DNA of 52,041 nt from positions 1-52,041 of the forward strand of contig DATGCJ010000126.1 in assembly GCA_035312025.1 (NCBI GenBank). Direction: 5' to 3'. Source of the stretch: Halanaerobiales bacterium. Its GTDB lineage: Bacteria > Bacillota > Halanaerobiia > Halanaerobiales > M55B127. A model generated the notes under the pieces. That model saw only the letters and a list, made by a program, of their open reading frames with translations, ran no database searches and was not told where the DNA came from. Positions 16,154-25,819 of this stretch are shown in pieces; within the stretch, counting starts at the first letter, position 1; every line of letters starts with the position of its first letter. Both the position numbers and the translations under genes were made by a program.

Positions 16154-18133
16154 CTAATCTGAGGAAAATACATCTCTTATATATTCCAATAAATTACCAT
16201 TTTCCTCTTGTTCTGTAGTTTGGTTTTGCTCCGAGTTATCTTGTTCTGTATCTTCGTCTGTGGTCTGCTCGGTTTGTTCTGATTCTCCATTTTCAACCTC
16301 GGTTTCAATACCAAAATACTCTTTTATAATATCGCCGGCTATGGGGAGAGTATAAGTACTTGAACTACCATTTTCTAAGAATACCAAAACAGCAATTTCT
16401 GGATTTTCCGCGGGAGCAAAACCGCCAAACCAACCATGGCTGACATCCTCTGTCCCGGTTTGGGCTGTACCTGTTTTCCCGGCCACATTTATGGGGAAGT
16501 CTCGAAAAGTACTCCTGGCTGTCCCATAAGAAGACATGGTAACTTCCTGCATACCTTCATGAAGAATCTCGAATAATTTATCTCCGTAGTCTAACTTTCT
16601 AATCACCTTAGAATTTTGATCGTAAACTATATCCCCATTTGCATCTTTAATTTTATCTACTAAAAAGGGTTGGTATAAGGTCCCCTTATTTGCAATAGCT
16701 GCAATGTAATTAACAAGCTGAATAGGGGTGGTTAATAACCCACCCTGTCCGATTGATAAGTTTACCGAATCACCTGGGTACCAGTTACCACTGTTACCAT
16801 CTAAAGCGCCCCGGGGGACGATCCCTTTTTTCTCTTCTGGTAGGTCAATTTCGGTTTTTTGTCCCATCCCATAATCCAAGGCAGTACTAACTAATTTTTC
16901 CCCCTGGTGTTCTTCATATAACCTATAGCCTAATTTATAAAATATGATATTATTAGAACGGGCTATAGCCTTTGTAAAGTCAAGTTCGCCTTCCCCACCG
17001 GGATGCCAGTTTTTAAAGGGTCTTGACCAGCCGGGGATGTAAAATAAACCGTTTTCATCAACAAATTCTGTTTCTGCATTTACATTTAAAAATCTCACTG
17101 CAGCGCTGCCGGTGACAAGTTTAAATAGAGAACCCGGAGGCACAGCAGCCATAATATTTCTATTTAAAAGAGGTTTCATAGGATTATTTGAGAGAACTTG
17201 GTATTCCTGAGAAGTTAACCCTGTAGAAAAACGATTAGGGTTAAAATCGGGATAACTGGCCATAGCCAGCACTTTACCATTATTGGGATTTAATACAACA
17301 GCTGATCCTCCTGTCGGTTCATACCGTTCTGGATCCTCTTCCGCCTCTTTCATAAGCCTTTCAATATGTTCTTTTAAGAGTTTTTCAACTTCTTTTTGAT
17401 AATCAAGGTCGAAATTAACAACAATATTATTACCAGCTACCGGAGGTTTAGTACCAAGTTCCTTGACCATTTCCCCCAGGTTATTAACTTCAATCTGCCT
17501 TATACCATCAACACCTTTAAGATATGATTCATACTCTTTTTCAAGGCCGGATTTACCAATCATATCCTGGACATGGTAACTGTTAATCCCCTGGCTTTGA
17601 TAGTGTCTTAACTCTGCTTTACTAATTTCCCCTACATATCCAATAATATGAGCAGCTAAATCTTTATAAACATAGTCTCTCATAGAAGATTCTTTGACTA
17701 AAATTCCCGGTAACTCATCTTGATTTTCCAGTAATATCACCACATCTTCTTTATTTATATTTCTTTTCAAGATGAGGGCGTTTTGATTGTTCATCTTCTG
17801 TTTACTAAAATTATAATTATTTTGCAACATCTCATAGGACATTGAAGTTAAATTGGCAACACTACTCAGTAATGAATCAACCTTTACTTGCGGGGGAATT
17901 TCATTTGGAAGTAAATAGAGGTTATGAGACAGCTTGTTGTTAACTAATATATCTCCATCACTATCTATTATTTTACCACGGGGGGCACTAATAGGGCGAA
18001 AGGAGGTCCTATTCCCTTCAGATAAGTTATAGTAATAATCACCATTTAAAACTTGAATTTGAAAGGCTCTCGCGATTAGAAGCACAAATATTATTATTAA
18101 TATAATTTTAAAAACTTTTATTCTATCTTCCAT
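16154..18133 (-). CDS. mrdA: Penicillin-binding protein 2 (elongasome transpeptidase) with acidic low-complexity C-terminal tail
   Basis: TM anchor, PBP dimerisation domain and transpeptidase motifs (PGSLFK = SxxK, SNN, KTGTA). ATG 18133 (GGTGA, 9 nt spacer) is preferred over the track start 18148. Confidence 0.9.
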   Translation of the reverse strand: MEDRIKVFKIILIIIFVLLIARAFQIQVLNGDYYYNLSEGNRTSFRPISAPRGKIIDSDGDILVNNKLSHNLYLLPNEIPPQVKVDSLLSSVANLTSMSYEMLQNNYNFSKQKMNNQNALILKRNINKEDVVILLENQDELPGILVKESSMRDYVYKDLAAHIIGYVGEISKAELRHYQSQGINSYHVQDMIGKSGLEKEYESYLKGVDGIRQIEVNNLGEMVKELGTKPPVAGNNIVVNFDLDYQKEVEKLLKEHIERLMKEAEEDPERYEPTGGSAVVLNPNNGKVLAMASYPDFNPNRFSTGLTSQEYQVLSNNPMKPLLNRNIMAAVPPGSLFKLVTGSAAVRFLNVNAETEFVDENGLFYIPGWSRPFKNWHPGGEGELDFTKAIARSNNIIFYKLGYRLYEEHQGEKLVSTALDYGMGQKTEIDLPEEKKGIVPRGALDGNSGNWYPGDSVNLSIGQGGLLTTPIQLVNYIAAIANKGTLYQPFLVDKIKDANGDIVYDQNSKVIRKLDYGDKLFEILHEGMQEVTMSSYGTARSTFRDFPINVAGKTGTAQTGTEDVSHGWFGGFAPAENPEIAVLVFLENGSSSTYTLPIAGDIIKEYFGIETEVENGESEQTEQTTDEDTEQDNSEQNQTTEQEENGNLLEYIRDVFSSD

Positions 18134-18623
18134 AATAATTTTCACCATAATAAAATAGTCTATATAAAATAAAATACACGATCAAAGCCAAAATGGCGTT
18201 GTAAATTGAACTGGGAATAATCACGCTTCTGAAATTTTCCCAGTAATTGATACTAAATATTAATTCTTCTGATAAAACAATCGTCAAAAAGTAGTTAGCA
18301 ATAGAAGCAATAAAGACGATAAAAGGAGCCAATAAATAATTACCTTTAAAGAAATGACCTTCTATAAAACCACTTATAAAACCAAGTGGGGCCTTAATAA
18401 TGGTATTAACTGAGATAAATTCACCCAGAAAAATATCCTGCAGTAATCCGCCAATAATCCCCATTAACAAACCGGTCTTAGGACCATCAAGTATAGATAT
18501 TACAACTATCAGGACCAAAATCAAATCCGGTTTAATATCCCAGGGAGTATATAGGGATAAAATAGTAATCTGCAGGACTAATCCAATTATTAAGATTAAA
18601 ACAAAGATTATATTGCGATTCAA
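18123..18623 (-). CDS. mreD: Rod shape-determining protein MreD
   Basis: 166-aa multi-TM protein between mreC and mrdA. TTG start after AGGAGGG. Confidence 0.85.
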   Translation of the reverse strand: MNRNIIFVLILIIGLVLQITILSLYTPWDIKPDLILVLIVVISILDGPKTGLLMGIIGGLLQDIFLGEFISVNTIIKAPLGFISGFIEGHFFKGNYLLAPFIVFIASIANYFLTIVLSEELIFSINYWENFRSVIIPSSIYNAILALIVYFILYRLFYYGENYYGR

Positions 18624-18634
18624 AAAGAGCCCTC

Positions 18635-19459
18635 CTAAAAATCAGTGATGATCAATACCTCTTCGATGGTATTTATAGTACTAAACAGCTTGATATCCGC
18701 ACTCTGGGATAAGCCATAATTATCAGGGTTTATTTCTTGTACCTTGCCAATGGGTAACCCTTTTGGATAATTATTGGAGAACCCGGATGTTACTATAATA
18801 TCTCCTTTTTGTATATCAGCATCCCAGGAGATTTTCTCCATTATATTCATTTTATTATTATTTAATTGGCCCTTTACAATGCCGATTGTCCTTGATTCAT
18901 TTCTTTGTACAATTCCACCAACTACAAATTCCGGATCATATATTAAAGAAACCTGGGAACTGCTGGAACCTACATAGTCTACTCTTCCCACCAGTGCACC
19001 ATTGTAACTAATTACAGGCATCTTTTTTCTGACCCCATCATTAGAACCGCGATTAATAATTAACTTATTCTCCCACAAAGAAGGGCTAAAACCAATAACA
19101 GTTGACCCGAGAGTTTCAAAGGAAACATGTTCTTTAAAAGATAGAAGTTTTCTTAATCTCTCATTTTCTCTTTGAAAACCTTTCAGCATAAGATTTTGTA
19201 ATTTTAGAGAAGCAAGTTCCCTCTCTAACCTTTTGTTTTTTTCCATCACTTCATCTACATTCAACAGCCCATGCCAATAAGAAACTGTTTCATAGTAAAT
19301 TCCCGAAAAAAATTCTATCAAAGGACTGACTAAATTATATATCCCGCTTTCTATATACTGAAAATATGAAATATTTATATTGAAAAAATAAAGGGTTCCT
19401 ATTAAGGCTAATAATACTATTAAAATCGCGGCAAATATCAATCTACCTTTATTATTCAA
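18635..19459 (-). CDS. mreC: Rod shape-determining protein MreC
   Basis: 274 aa. N-terminal TM, coiled coil (RLERELASLKLQN), C-terminal beta domains. TTG start after GGGGGA. Confidence 0.9.
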   Translation of the reverse strand: MNNKGRLIFAAILIVLLALIGTLYFFNINISYFQYIESGIYNLVSPLIEFFSGIYYETVSYWHGLLNVDEVMEKNKRLERELASLKLQNLMLKGFQRENERLRKLLSFKEHVSFETLGSTVIGFSPSLWENKLIINRGSNDGVRKKMPVISYNGALVGRVDYVGSSSSQVSLIYDPEFVVGGIVQRNESRTIGIVKGQLNNNKMNIMEKISWDADIQKGDIIVTSGFSNNYPKGLPIGKVQEINPDNYGLSQSADIKLFSTINTIEEVLIITDF

Positions 19460-19471
19460 TGTCTATTCCCC

Positions 19472-20509
19472 CTATGATAATTTTTTTGGGGTAATTAAAA
19501 GATCCTTGATTTCATCTAATTCTTCTAAAGCATTACCGGTACCGTTAACTACACAGTCCAGTGGTTCTTCTGCCAGATAAACCGGCATCTGAGTAGTATC
19601 GATCAATAATTCATCAATACCGTGTAATAAGGCTCCTCCACCTGTTAGGATTATTCCACGTCCCATCACGTCAGAAGCTAATTCGGGTGGAGTTTTTTCT
19701 AAAGTTCTTTTAACCGCATCTAAAATATTATTTACTGGTTCTTTGAGAGCATCTTTTATTTCTTCTGAATTAATTGTAACAGTTTTTGGAAGGCCATTAA
19801 CGAGATCTCTACCCTTGATCTCCTTGGTTAATCCTCCATTATCACCGGTAGCAGTTCCTATATCGATTTTAATCTGTTCGGCAGTTCTTTCACCGACCAT
19901 CAGTTTATACTTCTTTTTAATATATTGAGAAATGGCTTCATCCATTTCATCACCGCCGATTCTAATTGAACTACTTGTTACAATACCACCTAAGGATATA
20001 ACAGCAGTTTCAGTGGTTCCACCACCGATATCAACTATCATGTTCCCGGTGGGTTCATGAATCGGTAAACCGGCTCCAATAGCAGCAGCCATCGGCTCTT
20101 CTATTAAGAACGCACTCCTTGCACCGGCTTGGAGGGCGGCATCAATAACAGCTCTCTTTTCTACTTCTGTAACACCAGAAGGAACACATATTATAATACG
20201 AGGTCTAACCAACCTATTTCTTTTATGAGCTTTTCTAATAAAATGTCTTAACATGGTCTCTGTTACATCAAAATCTGCAATGACCCCATCTTTCATCGGT
20301 CTAACTGCTTTTATATTACCGGGAGTCCTACCAATCATATTTTTTGCTTCATTACCAACTGCTAATATCTTTTTGTCTTTTTCTTTTAAAGCCACGACAG
20401 ATGGCTCACGGATGATAATACCTTTACCTTTTACATATACCAAAGTATTAGCAGTCCCTAGATCTATTCCCATATCGCGGGAAAAAGGTGCACTTAAAAA
20501 ATTAAACAA
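19472..20509 (-). CDS. mreB: Rod shape-determining actin homologue MreB
   Basis: [12 protein letters not shown] and DIGGGTTE are actin-fold motifs. TTG 20509 lies 7 nt after AGGAGG. The track start 20536 would overlap radC and has no SD. Confidence 0.95.
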   Translation of the reverse strand: MFNFLSAPFSRDMGIDLGTANTLVYVKGKGIIIREPSVVALKEKDKKILAVGNEAKNMIGRTPGNIKAVRPMKDGVIADFDVTETMLRHFIRKAHKRNRLVRPRIIICVPSGVTEVEKRAVIDAALQAGARSAFLIEEPMAAAIGAGLPIHEPTGNMIVDIGGGTTETAVISLGGIVTSSSIRIGGDEMDEAISQYIKKKYKLMVGERTAEQIKIDIGTATGDNGGLTKEIKGRDLVNGLPKTVTINSEEIKDALKEPVNNILDAVKRTLEKTPPELASDVMGRGIILTGGGALLHGIDELLIDTTQMPVYLAEEPLDCVVNGTGNALEELDEIKDLLITPKKLS

Positions 20510-20532
20510 CTTTATTCCTCCTTTTATATATT

Positions 20533-21192
20533 TCAAAATAAATTTTTTGCTTTTAAACTAATATATTTTCCGTCTCCTATTATTAAATGGTCTAATAAAT
20601 CAATTCCTAAAACTTCCCCAGCTGAAAGTAATCTTTTAGTAACCTCTATATCATTATCACTGGGTGTGGGATCACCACTGGGATGGTTATGTGCTATGAT
20701 AAGGGAAGCACAGCTTTTTTTAATAGCCTTTTTAAAAACTTCACGGGGGTGAACCGTGGAACTGGCAAGTCCCCCTTTTGAGATCAAAGTTTTCGCTATA
20801 ATTTTATTTTTTACATCTAAAAGTAAGGCATATAGATGCTCCTGTTTAAGGTGCCTCATCATCGGCATCAAGAGTGAAACAGCCTCTTTCGGTGAATTTA
20901 AAAGTATTTCCCCTTGATAATTACAGCTGCTTATCCTTTTACTTAACTCTATTACTGCACATAATTGTGTACTTTTTGCCTTCCCAATACCCTTATACTG
21001 CATAAATTCCTCGGGAGTAAAATCAATAATTCCTTTTAGGCCCTTGCTCTTATTTAAAAGATTACTGGCCAGATCAATCGCAGTTTCCCTTTGGTATCCG
21101 GTTCTAATAATTAAAGCCATCAGTTCTTCAGTGGTAAGACTATTACTACCATATTTTATCATCTTTTCTCTTGGTCGTTTATCTACTGGCAT
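20533..21192 (-). CDS. radC: RadC-family JAB domain protein
   Basis: The HhH N-terminus and the JAMM-like [18 protein letters not shown] motif. Classic maf-radC-mreB synteny. Confidence 0.9.
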   Translation of the reverse strand: MPVDKRPREKMIKYGSNSLTTEELMALIIRTGYQRETAIDLASNLLNKSKGLKGIIDFTPEEFMQYKGIGKAKSTQLCAVIELSKRISSCNYQGEILLNSPKEAVSLLMPMMRHLKQEHLYALLLDVKNKIIAKTLISKGGLASSTVHPREVFKKAIKKSCASLIIAHNHPSGDPTPSDNDIEVTKRLLSAGEVLGIDLLDHLIIGDGKYISLKAKNLF

Positions 21193-21268
21193 CTCTTTAA
21201 TAGTGTATTTTGTGTTGGATTGAATTGGTAAATAAGCTCCTTTCTATATTTTATTATTATAACCTCAA

Positions 21269-21850
21269 TTAAATTATCTCTATACTAAAGCTTTTTAAGG
21301 CCATTGATAACAGATGAATTGGTAGTCCCATCACAGTAAAGTAAGAACCAACTATCTTATTTACAAAGATTCCTCCCTTACCCTGGATACCGTAAGAACC
21401 AGCTTTATCCATTGGTTCTCCGGTCTTTATATATCTTTCTATTTCTTCTTTTTCTACTTTTCGCATAAATACTTCCGTTACATCATAATCTAAAAAATGC
21501 ATCTCATCATCAGCTGAGATCAGGGCCAGGCCTGTAAAAACTTCATGTTTATCATTTTCTAATAACTGCAGCATCCTTTTGGCATCTTCTTCATCTTCGG
21601 GTTTACCTAAGATCTTGTTATTATGAGCAACTACAGTATCAGCTGCTATTATTAAAGCGTTTTCTACAACATTGGCCACATTAGAGGCCTTAGCCAAAGA
21701 TAGTTCTTGTACTAATTTATCAGGATGCTCATAATCATACCCATCTTCATCTATTTTACTGGGCATGGCTGTATATTTGATCCCCAAACGGGTCAATAAC
21801 TCTTTTCTTCTATCTGACGAAGAAGCAAGTATAATCTTTTTATCTATCAT
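21269..21850 (-). CDS. maf: Maf-like nucleoside triphosphate pyrophosphatase
   Basis: IILASSSDRRKELL...AADTVV...KAGSYGIQG are Maf motifs. The start overlaps the upstream stop (TAATG). Confidence 0.9.
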   Translation of the reverse strand: MIDKKIILASSSDRRKELLTRLGIKYTAMPSKIDEDGYDYEHPDKLVQELSLAKASNVANVVENALIIAADTVVAHNNKILGKPEDEEDAKRMLQLLENDKHEVFTGLALISADDEMHFLDYDVTEVFMRKVEKEEIERYIKTGEPMDKAGSYGIQGKGGIFVNKIVGSYFTVMGLPIHLLSMALKSFSIEII

Positions 21851-22368
21851 TAAACATCAATCCTTTTTAGTCCGCGTGGAAGATAATTGTAGGTAAAGAT
21901 TACAATCAATCCAATTCCTACCCCAGTAGGTAAAGCAAGTAGTATTAAATAAGGCAGGTAATAAAAGATAGCATCATTTGATATGATGAGATAAGCCGTA
22001 ATTATTTGTCCTACATTATGAAAAACGGCTCCCCCTAAACTCACACCAATTATACTAAATTTATTTCTGAAATAATAAAAAAACAAGCTCATTATTAAAT
22101 AACCTAAAAGTCCGCCCGTCAGGCTCAAATAAAAGTTGATAGTCATAAAAGTACCGGCCAAAATAGAACCCAAAAAAATTCTTAGTAAAAGAATTTGTAG
22201 GCCGGCAATAAAACCAAATATTATAAGCCCCAGTAGATTAGCAATATTTGCTAATCCTAATTTTGCTCCGGGTATGATAAACGATAACGGCAGCATATTT
22301 TCAACTAAATGTAATACTAAACCTAATCCAACTAATAGGGCAATAATTACTATTTTTCTTGTCCGCAT
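21850..22368 (-). CDS. Gx transporter family protein (Hpre_diP_synt_I-like membrane protein)
   Basis: 172 aa, about 5 TM. LHLVENMLPLSFIIPGAKLGLANIANL is the family signature. Confidence 0.75.
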   Translation of the reverse strand: MRTRKIVIIALLVGLGLVLHLVENMLPLSFIIPGAKLGLANIANLLGLIIFGFIAGLQILLLRIFLGSILAGTFMTINFYLSLTGGLLGYLIMSLFFYYFRNKFSIIGVSLGGAVFHNVGQIITAYLIISNDAIFYYLPYLILLALPTGVGIGLIVIFTYNYLPRGLKRIDV

Positions 22369-22472
22369 TTAATTTAAACCTCACTTCGACTTTCTACAGA
22401 AAAATTTAAAGGTTTATTTTAATTATTTCAACAAAAAATACTTATTTCCTTTAATCTGTATAAATTTATACT

Positions 22473-22892
22473 TTACCAGGAAACCGCATCAAGCTCACTA
22501 TTGCTTTTTTCTATCCAGATCGAAACTTTATTTGGTACACAGATGATGGAAGGGCCCGGTTTAGATATCCAGCCTGTTTTTTCACAGATCTTAGCCGGAT
22601 CTTCCTCTGGCGCTTCTTTGAGGCGAACTCTCCCATTATGAGCTTCAATTACAGAAGTACCCAGAGGACCAGTGACTTCTATAATTATTGGTTCTTCTTG
22701 GTAAGTATCAGAAAAAGGTATTCGCGTAATTTCCTGTGAACTATCCTTAATATATATGTATGATTCTGTATCTTCGTTGTTATTAAAATAAGCACTGATA
22801 AAAGGATAAGCAATCATTATAAGGGAAACTACAATTATTATTACAATTAATATCCTGTCATAAAAAGTTAAATATTTATTAATTTTTTCCAA
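22473..22892 (-). CDS. NusG domain II-containing protein (DUF1312-like), membrane anchored
   Basis: 139 aa. N-terminal TM, then a beta-rich domain ending in ICVPNKVSIWIE. TTG start after AGGAGAGGGG. Usually partnered with the Gx transporter family. Confidence 0.6.
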   Translation of the reverse strand: MEKINKYLTFYDRILIVIIIVVSLIMIAYPFISAYFNNNEDTESYIYIKDSSQEITRIPFSDTYQEEPIIIEVTGPLGTSVIEAHNGRVRLKEAPEEDPAKICEKTGWISKPGPSIICVPNKVSIWIEKSNSELDAVSW

Positions 22893-22918
22893 TTAAATCC
22901 CCTCTCCTAATCGTTATC

Positions 22919-22947
22919 ATTTTAACATTTTTTTATGAAAATGTCTA
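22919..22947 (-). promoter_or_regulatory. SigA-type promoter (extended -10) for the NusG_II-Gx-maf-radC-mre unit
   Basis: Minus strand reads TAGACA-17 nt-TAAAAT with TG one base upstream of the -10. Located between the rnfB terminator and the NusG_II start. Confidence 0.5.
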
Positions 22948-22982
22948 TCTTTATAGGGAATTAAAAAAGTTACTTGCAAAGT

Positions 22983-23010
22983 AAAAACCGAGCTTATTCA
23001 GCTCGGCTTT
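22983..23010 (-). terminator. Rho-independent terminator of the rnf operon
   Basis: The minus RNA reads CCGAGCT-GAATA-AGCTCGG followed by TTTTT, about 30 nt after the rnfB stop. Confidence 0.7.
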
Positions 23011-23037
23011 AGTATATTATTAAAATTATATTTTCTT

Positions 23038-24048
23038 TTAATCTTCATCCTCAACTTCATCTTTGTAAATAACATTGATAGCACCATCTACTTTACAGAC
23101 TTCTACACATAAACCACATTGTACACATTGGTCCTGATCAATCTCATGAACTTCTTTTAATTCTCCTTCAATCGCATCGACCGGACAAGCTTTTGCACAT
23201 CTTGTACAGCCTACACAGTCTTCTGTAATAGTAACTTTTTCTATCAACCTACCATTAAATTCAATGGTCCCGGTCGGACATTTCTCAGAACAAATTCCAC
23301 AGTTTATACATTTATCATAATCAATAACTGCTAGGTTATCTTCCATCGTAATCGCATCGACCGGACAGGCCCTCGCACAGAGTGAACAGCCAATACAGCC
23401 AACTTCACAAATCTTAGATACAACTTTGCCCGGTTCATGGGAAGAACATCTTATGTGATTTAACTTATCTTCAGGTGCCATTGTTATTATGTTTTTGGGA
23501 CATGCTTCTACACATTTTCCACAACCTATACAGGTTTCTTTATCTATAATGGGTAAACCATTATCACTCATTGTAATTGCATCTACCGGACAAACTGCTG
23601 CACAATCACCAAAACCTAGACAGGCATATTGACAGCTTTTTGTACCACCGTTAATGGATTCAGCTGCTTTACAGGTTTTAATACCCTCATACTCGGAGAG
23701 TTTTTTAGTTTCTTTTATACCTCCACCACATAAAAGCTGTGCTTTTACGGTTTCATTAGTATTTTCTCCTTCAACTCCCAGTATCTCGGCAATTTTTTCA
23801 GCAACTACTTCTCCCCCGACAGGACAACCGCTGATCTCTGCATCTCCTTCAACAACGGCCTCTGCAAAACTTGCACAACCTGCGTAACCACAGGCACCAC
23901 AGTTAGCACCCGGCAGAACTTCTTCTACTTCTTCAATTCTTTCATCGACTTCTACATGGAATTTCTTGGAAGCAATTCCTAAACCTAATGCTAAAACTGC
24001 TCCAATACCTCCCATGCTTAATATTGAATATAAATAGACAGGATCCAC
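23038..24048 (-). CDS. rnfB: Rnf complex subunit B (polyferredoxin type)
   Basis: N-terminal TM, CGACGYAGC, then about six CxxCxxCxxxCP-type 4Fe-4S motifs. GTG start after GGAGGTG. Confidence 0.9.
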   Translation of the reverse strand: MDPVYLYSILSMGGIGAVLALGLGIASKKFHVEVDERIEEVEEVLPGANCGACGYAGCASFAEAVVEGDAEISGCPVGGEVVAEKIAEILGVEGENTNETVKAQLLCGGGIKETKKLSEYEGIKTCKAAESINGGTKSCQYACLGFGDCAAVCPVDAITMSDNGLPIIDKETCIGCGKCVEACPKNIITMAPEDKLNHIRCSSHEPGKVVSKICEVGCIGCSLCARACPVDAITMEDNLAVIDYDKCINCGICSEKCPTGTIEFNGRLIEKVTITEDCVGCTRCAKACPVDAIEGELKEVHEIDQDQCVQCGLCVEVCKVDGAINVIYKDEVEDED

Positions 24049-24072
24049 TTTGTCACCTCCAACAAGTATGAA

Positions 24073-24663
24073 TTAGATTGAAATTAAGCCTGAAAAACCC
24101 ATAAATGCCATAGCCATTAGTCCAGCTAATATCAAAGTAATGGGCACACCCTGCAGTGTTTCCGGTACATCTCCAAATTCTAATTTTTCTCTTAAACCTG
24201 CCATCAAAACTATTGCCAGGGTAAAACCAATCCCGGCCCCTAATCCAAATACTACACTTGTAATAAAGTTATATCCATTCAATGGAATTAAAAGTGCAAG
24301 ACCTAAAATTGCACAGTTAGTAGTAATTAGTGGTAAAAATATACCAAGGGCTTTATACAAGACCGGACTTGATTTTCTGATAAACATCTCTACAAATTGT
24401 ACTAAAGAAGCGATCACTATTATAAAAGATACATATCTTAAAAACGGAAGATTGAAAGCTTCCAGTATATATGTATTAATCAACCAGGTAGCGGCCGCTG
24501 TTAAGGTCATGACAAAAGTTGTGGCCATTCCCATACTAAAGGCAGTCTCTACTTGTTTTGAAACTCCTAGAAAGGGGCATATACCTAAAAACTTTACTAA
24601 AATAAAGTTATTTATCAATACAGTACTAATAAATACCAGTACTACAACTCTTAGTTCTTCCAT
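24073..24663 (-). CDS. rnfA: Rnf complex subunit A
   Basis: 196-aa, 6-TM protein of the RnfA/NqrE family in the conserved rnfCDGEAB order. Confidence 0.9.
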   Translation of the reverse strand: MEELRVVVLVFISTVLINNFILVKFLGICPFLGVSKQVETAFSMGMATTFVMTLTAAATWLINTYILEAFNLPFLRYVSFIIVIASLVQFVEMFIRKSSPVLYKALGIFLPLITTNCAILGLALLIPLNGYNFITSVVFGLGAGIGFTLAIVLMAGLREKLEFGDVPETLQGVPITLILAGLMAMAFMGFSGLISI

Positions 24664-25262
24664 TAATTACCCCTCCTTTTAATTGCATTCATAATCCCAA
24701 CTAATATTCCTAAACTAATAAAAGCACCGGCTGGTAAGATCATAATTACCATCGGTTGATACCAACTGCCTAGAATTTCTATACCAAAGATAGAACCCAT
24801 ACCAAAGAATTCTCTCATAGCGCTTAAAACCACCAATACCCAGGTAAAACCGATTCCCATACCTAAGGCATCGGCAATAGCCCGATGTGTCGGGTTTTTA
24901 GATGCAAAAGCTTCCTGCCGTCCTAATATCAAACAGTTAACAACTATTAATGGTATAAACAAACTCAAGGAAGCTGCAATATCAGGAAAAAATGCTTTTA
25001 AGAAATAATCAGTAAAAGTTACAAAGGTAGCAATTATTAAAATAAAACTGGGAATTCTCACGTTGTTTGGTATATAATTTTTAAATAATGAAATTACAAT
25101 CTCAGAAGACAAAAGAACAAATGAGGTAGCAATTCCCATTGCCAAACCATTTTCAACTGTATTTGTAACGGCTAATGTGGGACACATACCGATCACTAAT
25201 ACTATAATTGGGTTTTCTCGCCAAAGACCATTTTTAAAATCCTTAAATAATCTTGTTAGCAT
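24663..25262 (-). CDS. rnfE: Rnf complex subunit E
   Basis: 199-aa RnfE/NqrD-like membrane protein ([17 protein letters not shown]). 1-nt stop/start overlaps on both sides. Confidence 0.9.
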   Translation of the reverse strand: MLTRLFKDFKNGLWRENPIIVLVIGMCPTLAVTNTVENGLAMGIATSFVLLSSEIVISLFKNYIPNNVRIPSFILIIATFVTFTDYFLKAFFPDIAASLSLFIPLIVVNCLILGRQEAFASKNPTHRAIADALGMGIGFTWVLVVLSAMREFFGMGSIFGIEILGSWYQPMVIMILPAGAFISLGILVGIMNAIKRRGN

Positions 25263-25819
25263 TAAGCCCCACCTCCATATGCATCTTGTATTTGTTTAAC
25301 AGCATTTTCCACAATTTTAGTTACACTGCGGGATGATATTGTCGCACCCGCGATCGCCTCAACTTCAAGATCTGTTTGCGTATCTCTTTTTACAACCGTA
25401 TAATCACCAAAGGGCTTATCTACAAAGTTGCTTTTATACTCTTCTCCCGTAATCCTAGCGCCTAAACCGGGAGTTTCTTCATGGCTTAAAATTTTTATAC
25501 CATAGATCTTCTCTTCATTTATATTTACACCTATCATTATTTCAATAACATTCTGATAGCCTGGTCCTGAAGCAATCATCGCTACTCCTACACGATTACC
25601 GCCTGAATCAAAACCTTCATAAAAAGTATTCCCTTTTTTTTCTACTTCTTCAAACTCTTCGGCCTCTGGTATTACTGCTCTTATAGCCCTTTGTCTGGCT
25701 TCAGCTTGATGTTGTTGTATATGGGGATTAGTCCATTGATAGACAAAAGATAAAGCAACAGCAGAAATAATACCGATAACAGTCAACGTAAGTACTAGTT
25801 TACTGATTTTAGTATCCAT
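25262..25819 (-). CDS. rnfG: Rnf complex subunit G (FMN-binding)
   Basis: N-terminal TM plus an FMN_bind domain with the flavinylation motif IAGATISS. Confidence 0.9.
   Translation of the reverse strand: MDTKISKLVLTLTVIGIISAVALSFVYQWTNPHIQQHQAEARQRAIRAVIPEAEEFEEVEKKGNTFYEGFDSGGNRVGVAMIASGPGYQNVIEIMIGVNINEEKIYGIKILSHEETPGLGARITGEEYKSNFVDKPFGDYTVVKRDTQTDLEVEAIAGATISSRSVTKIVENAVKQIQDAYGGGA

Noticed and set aside
24140-24682. 180-aa ORF antisense to the whole of rnfA. A similar 204-aa ORF lies at 27178..27792, antisense to rnfC.
   Set aside because: Neither has an SD or a recognisable domain, and the translations are low-complexity (S/T/P/I-rich). Both lie fully inside strongly conserved genes. 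They are unusually long for an AT-rich genome, but best explained as shadow ORFs in locally GC-richer coding sequence.
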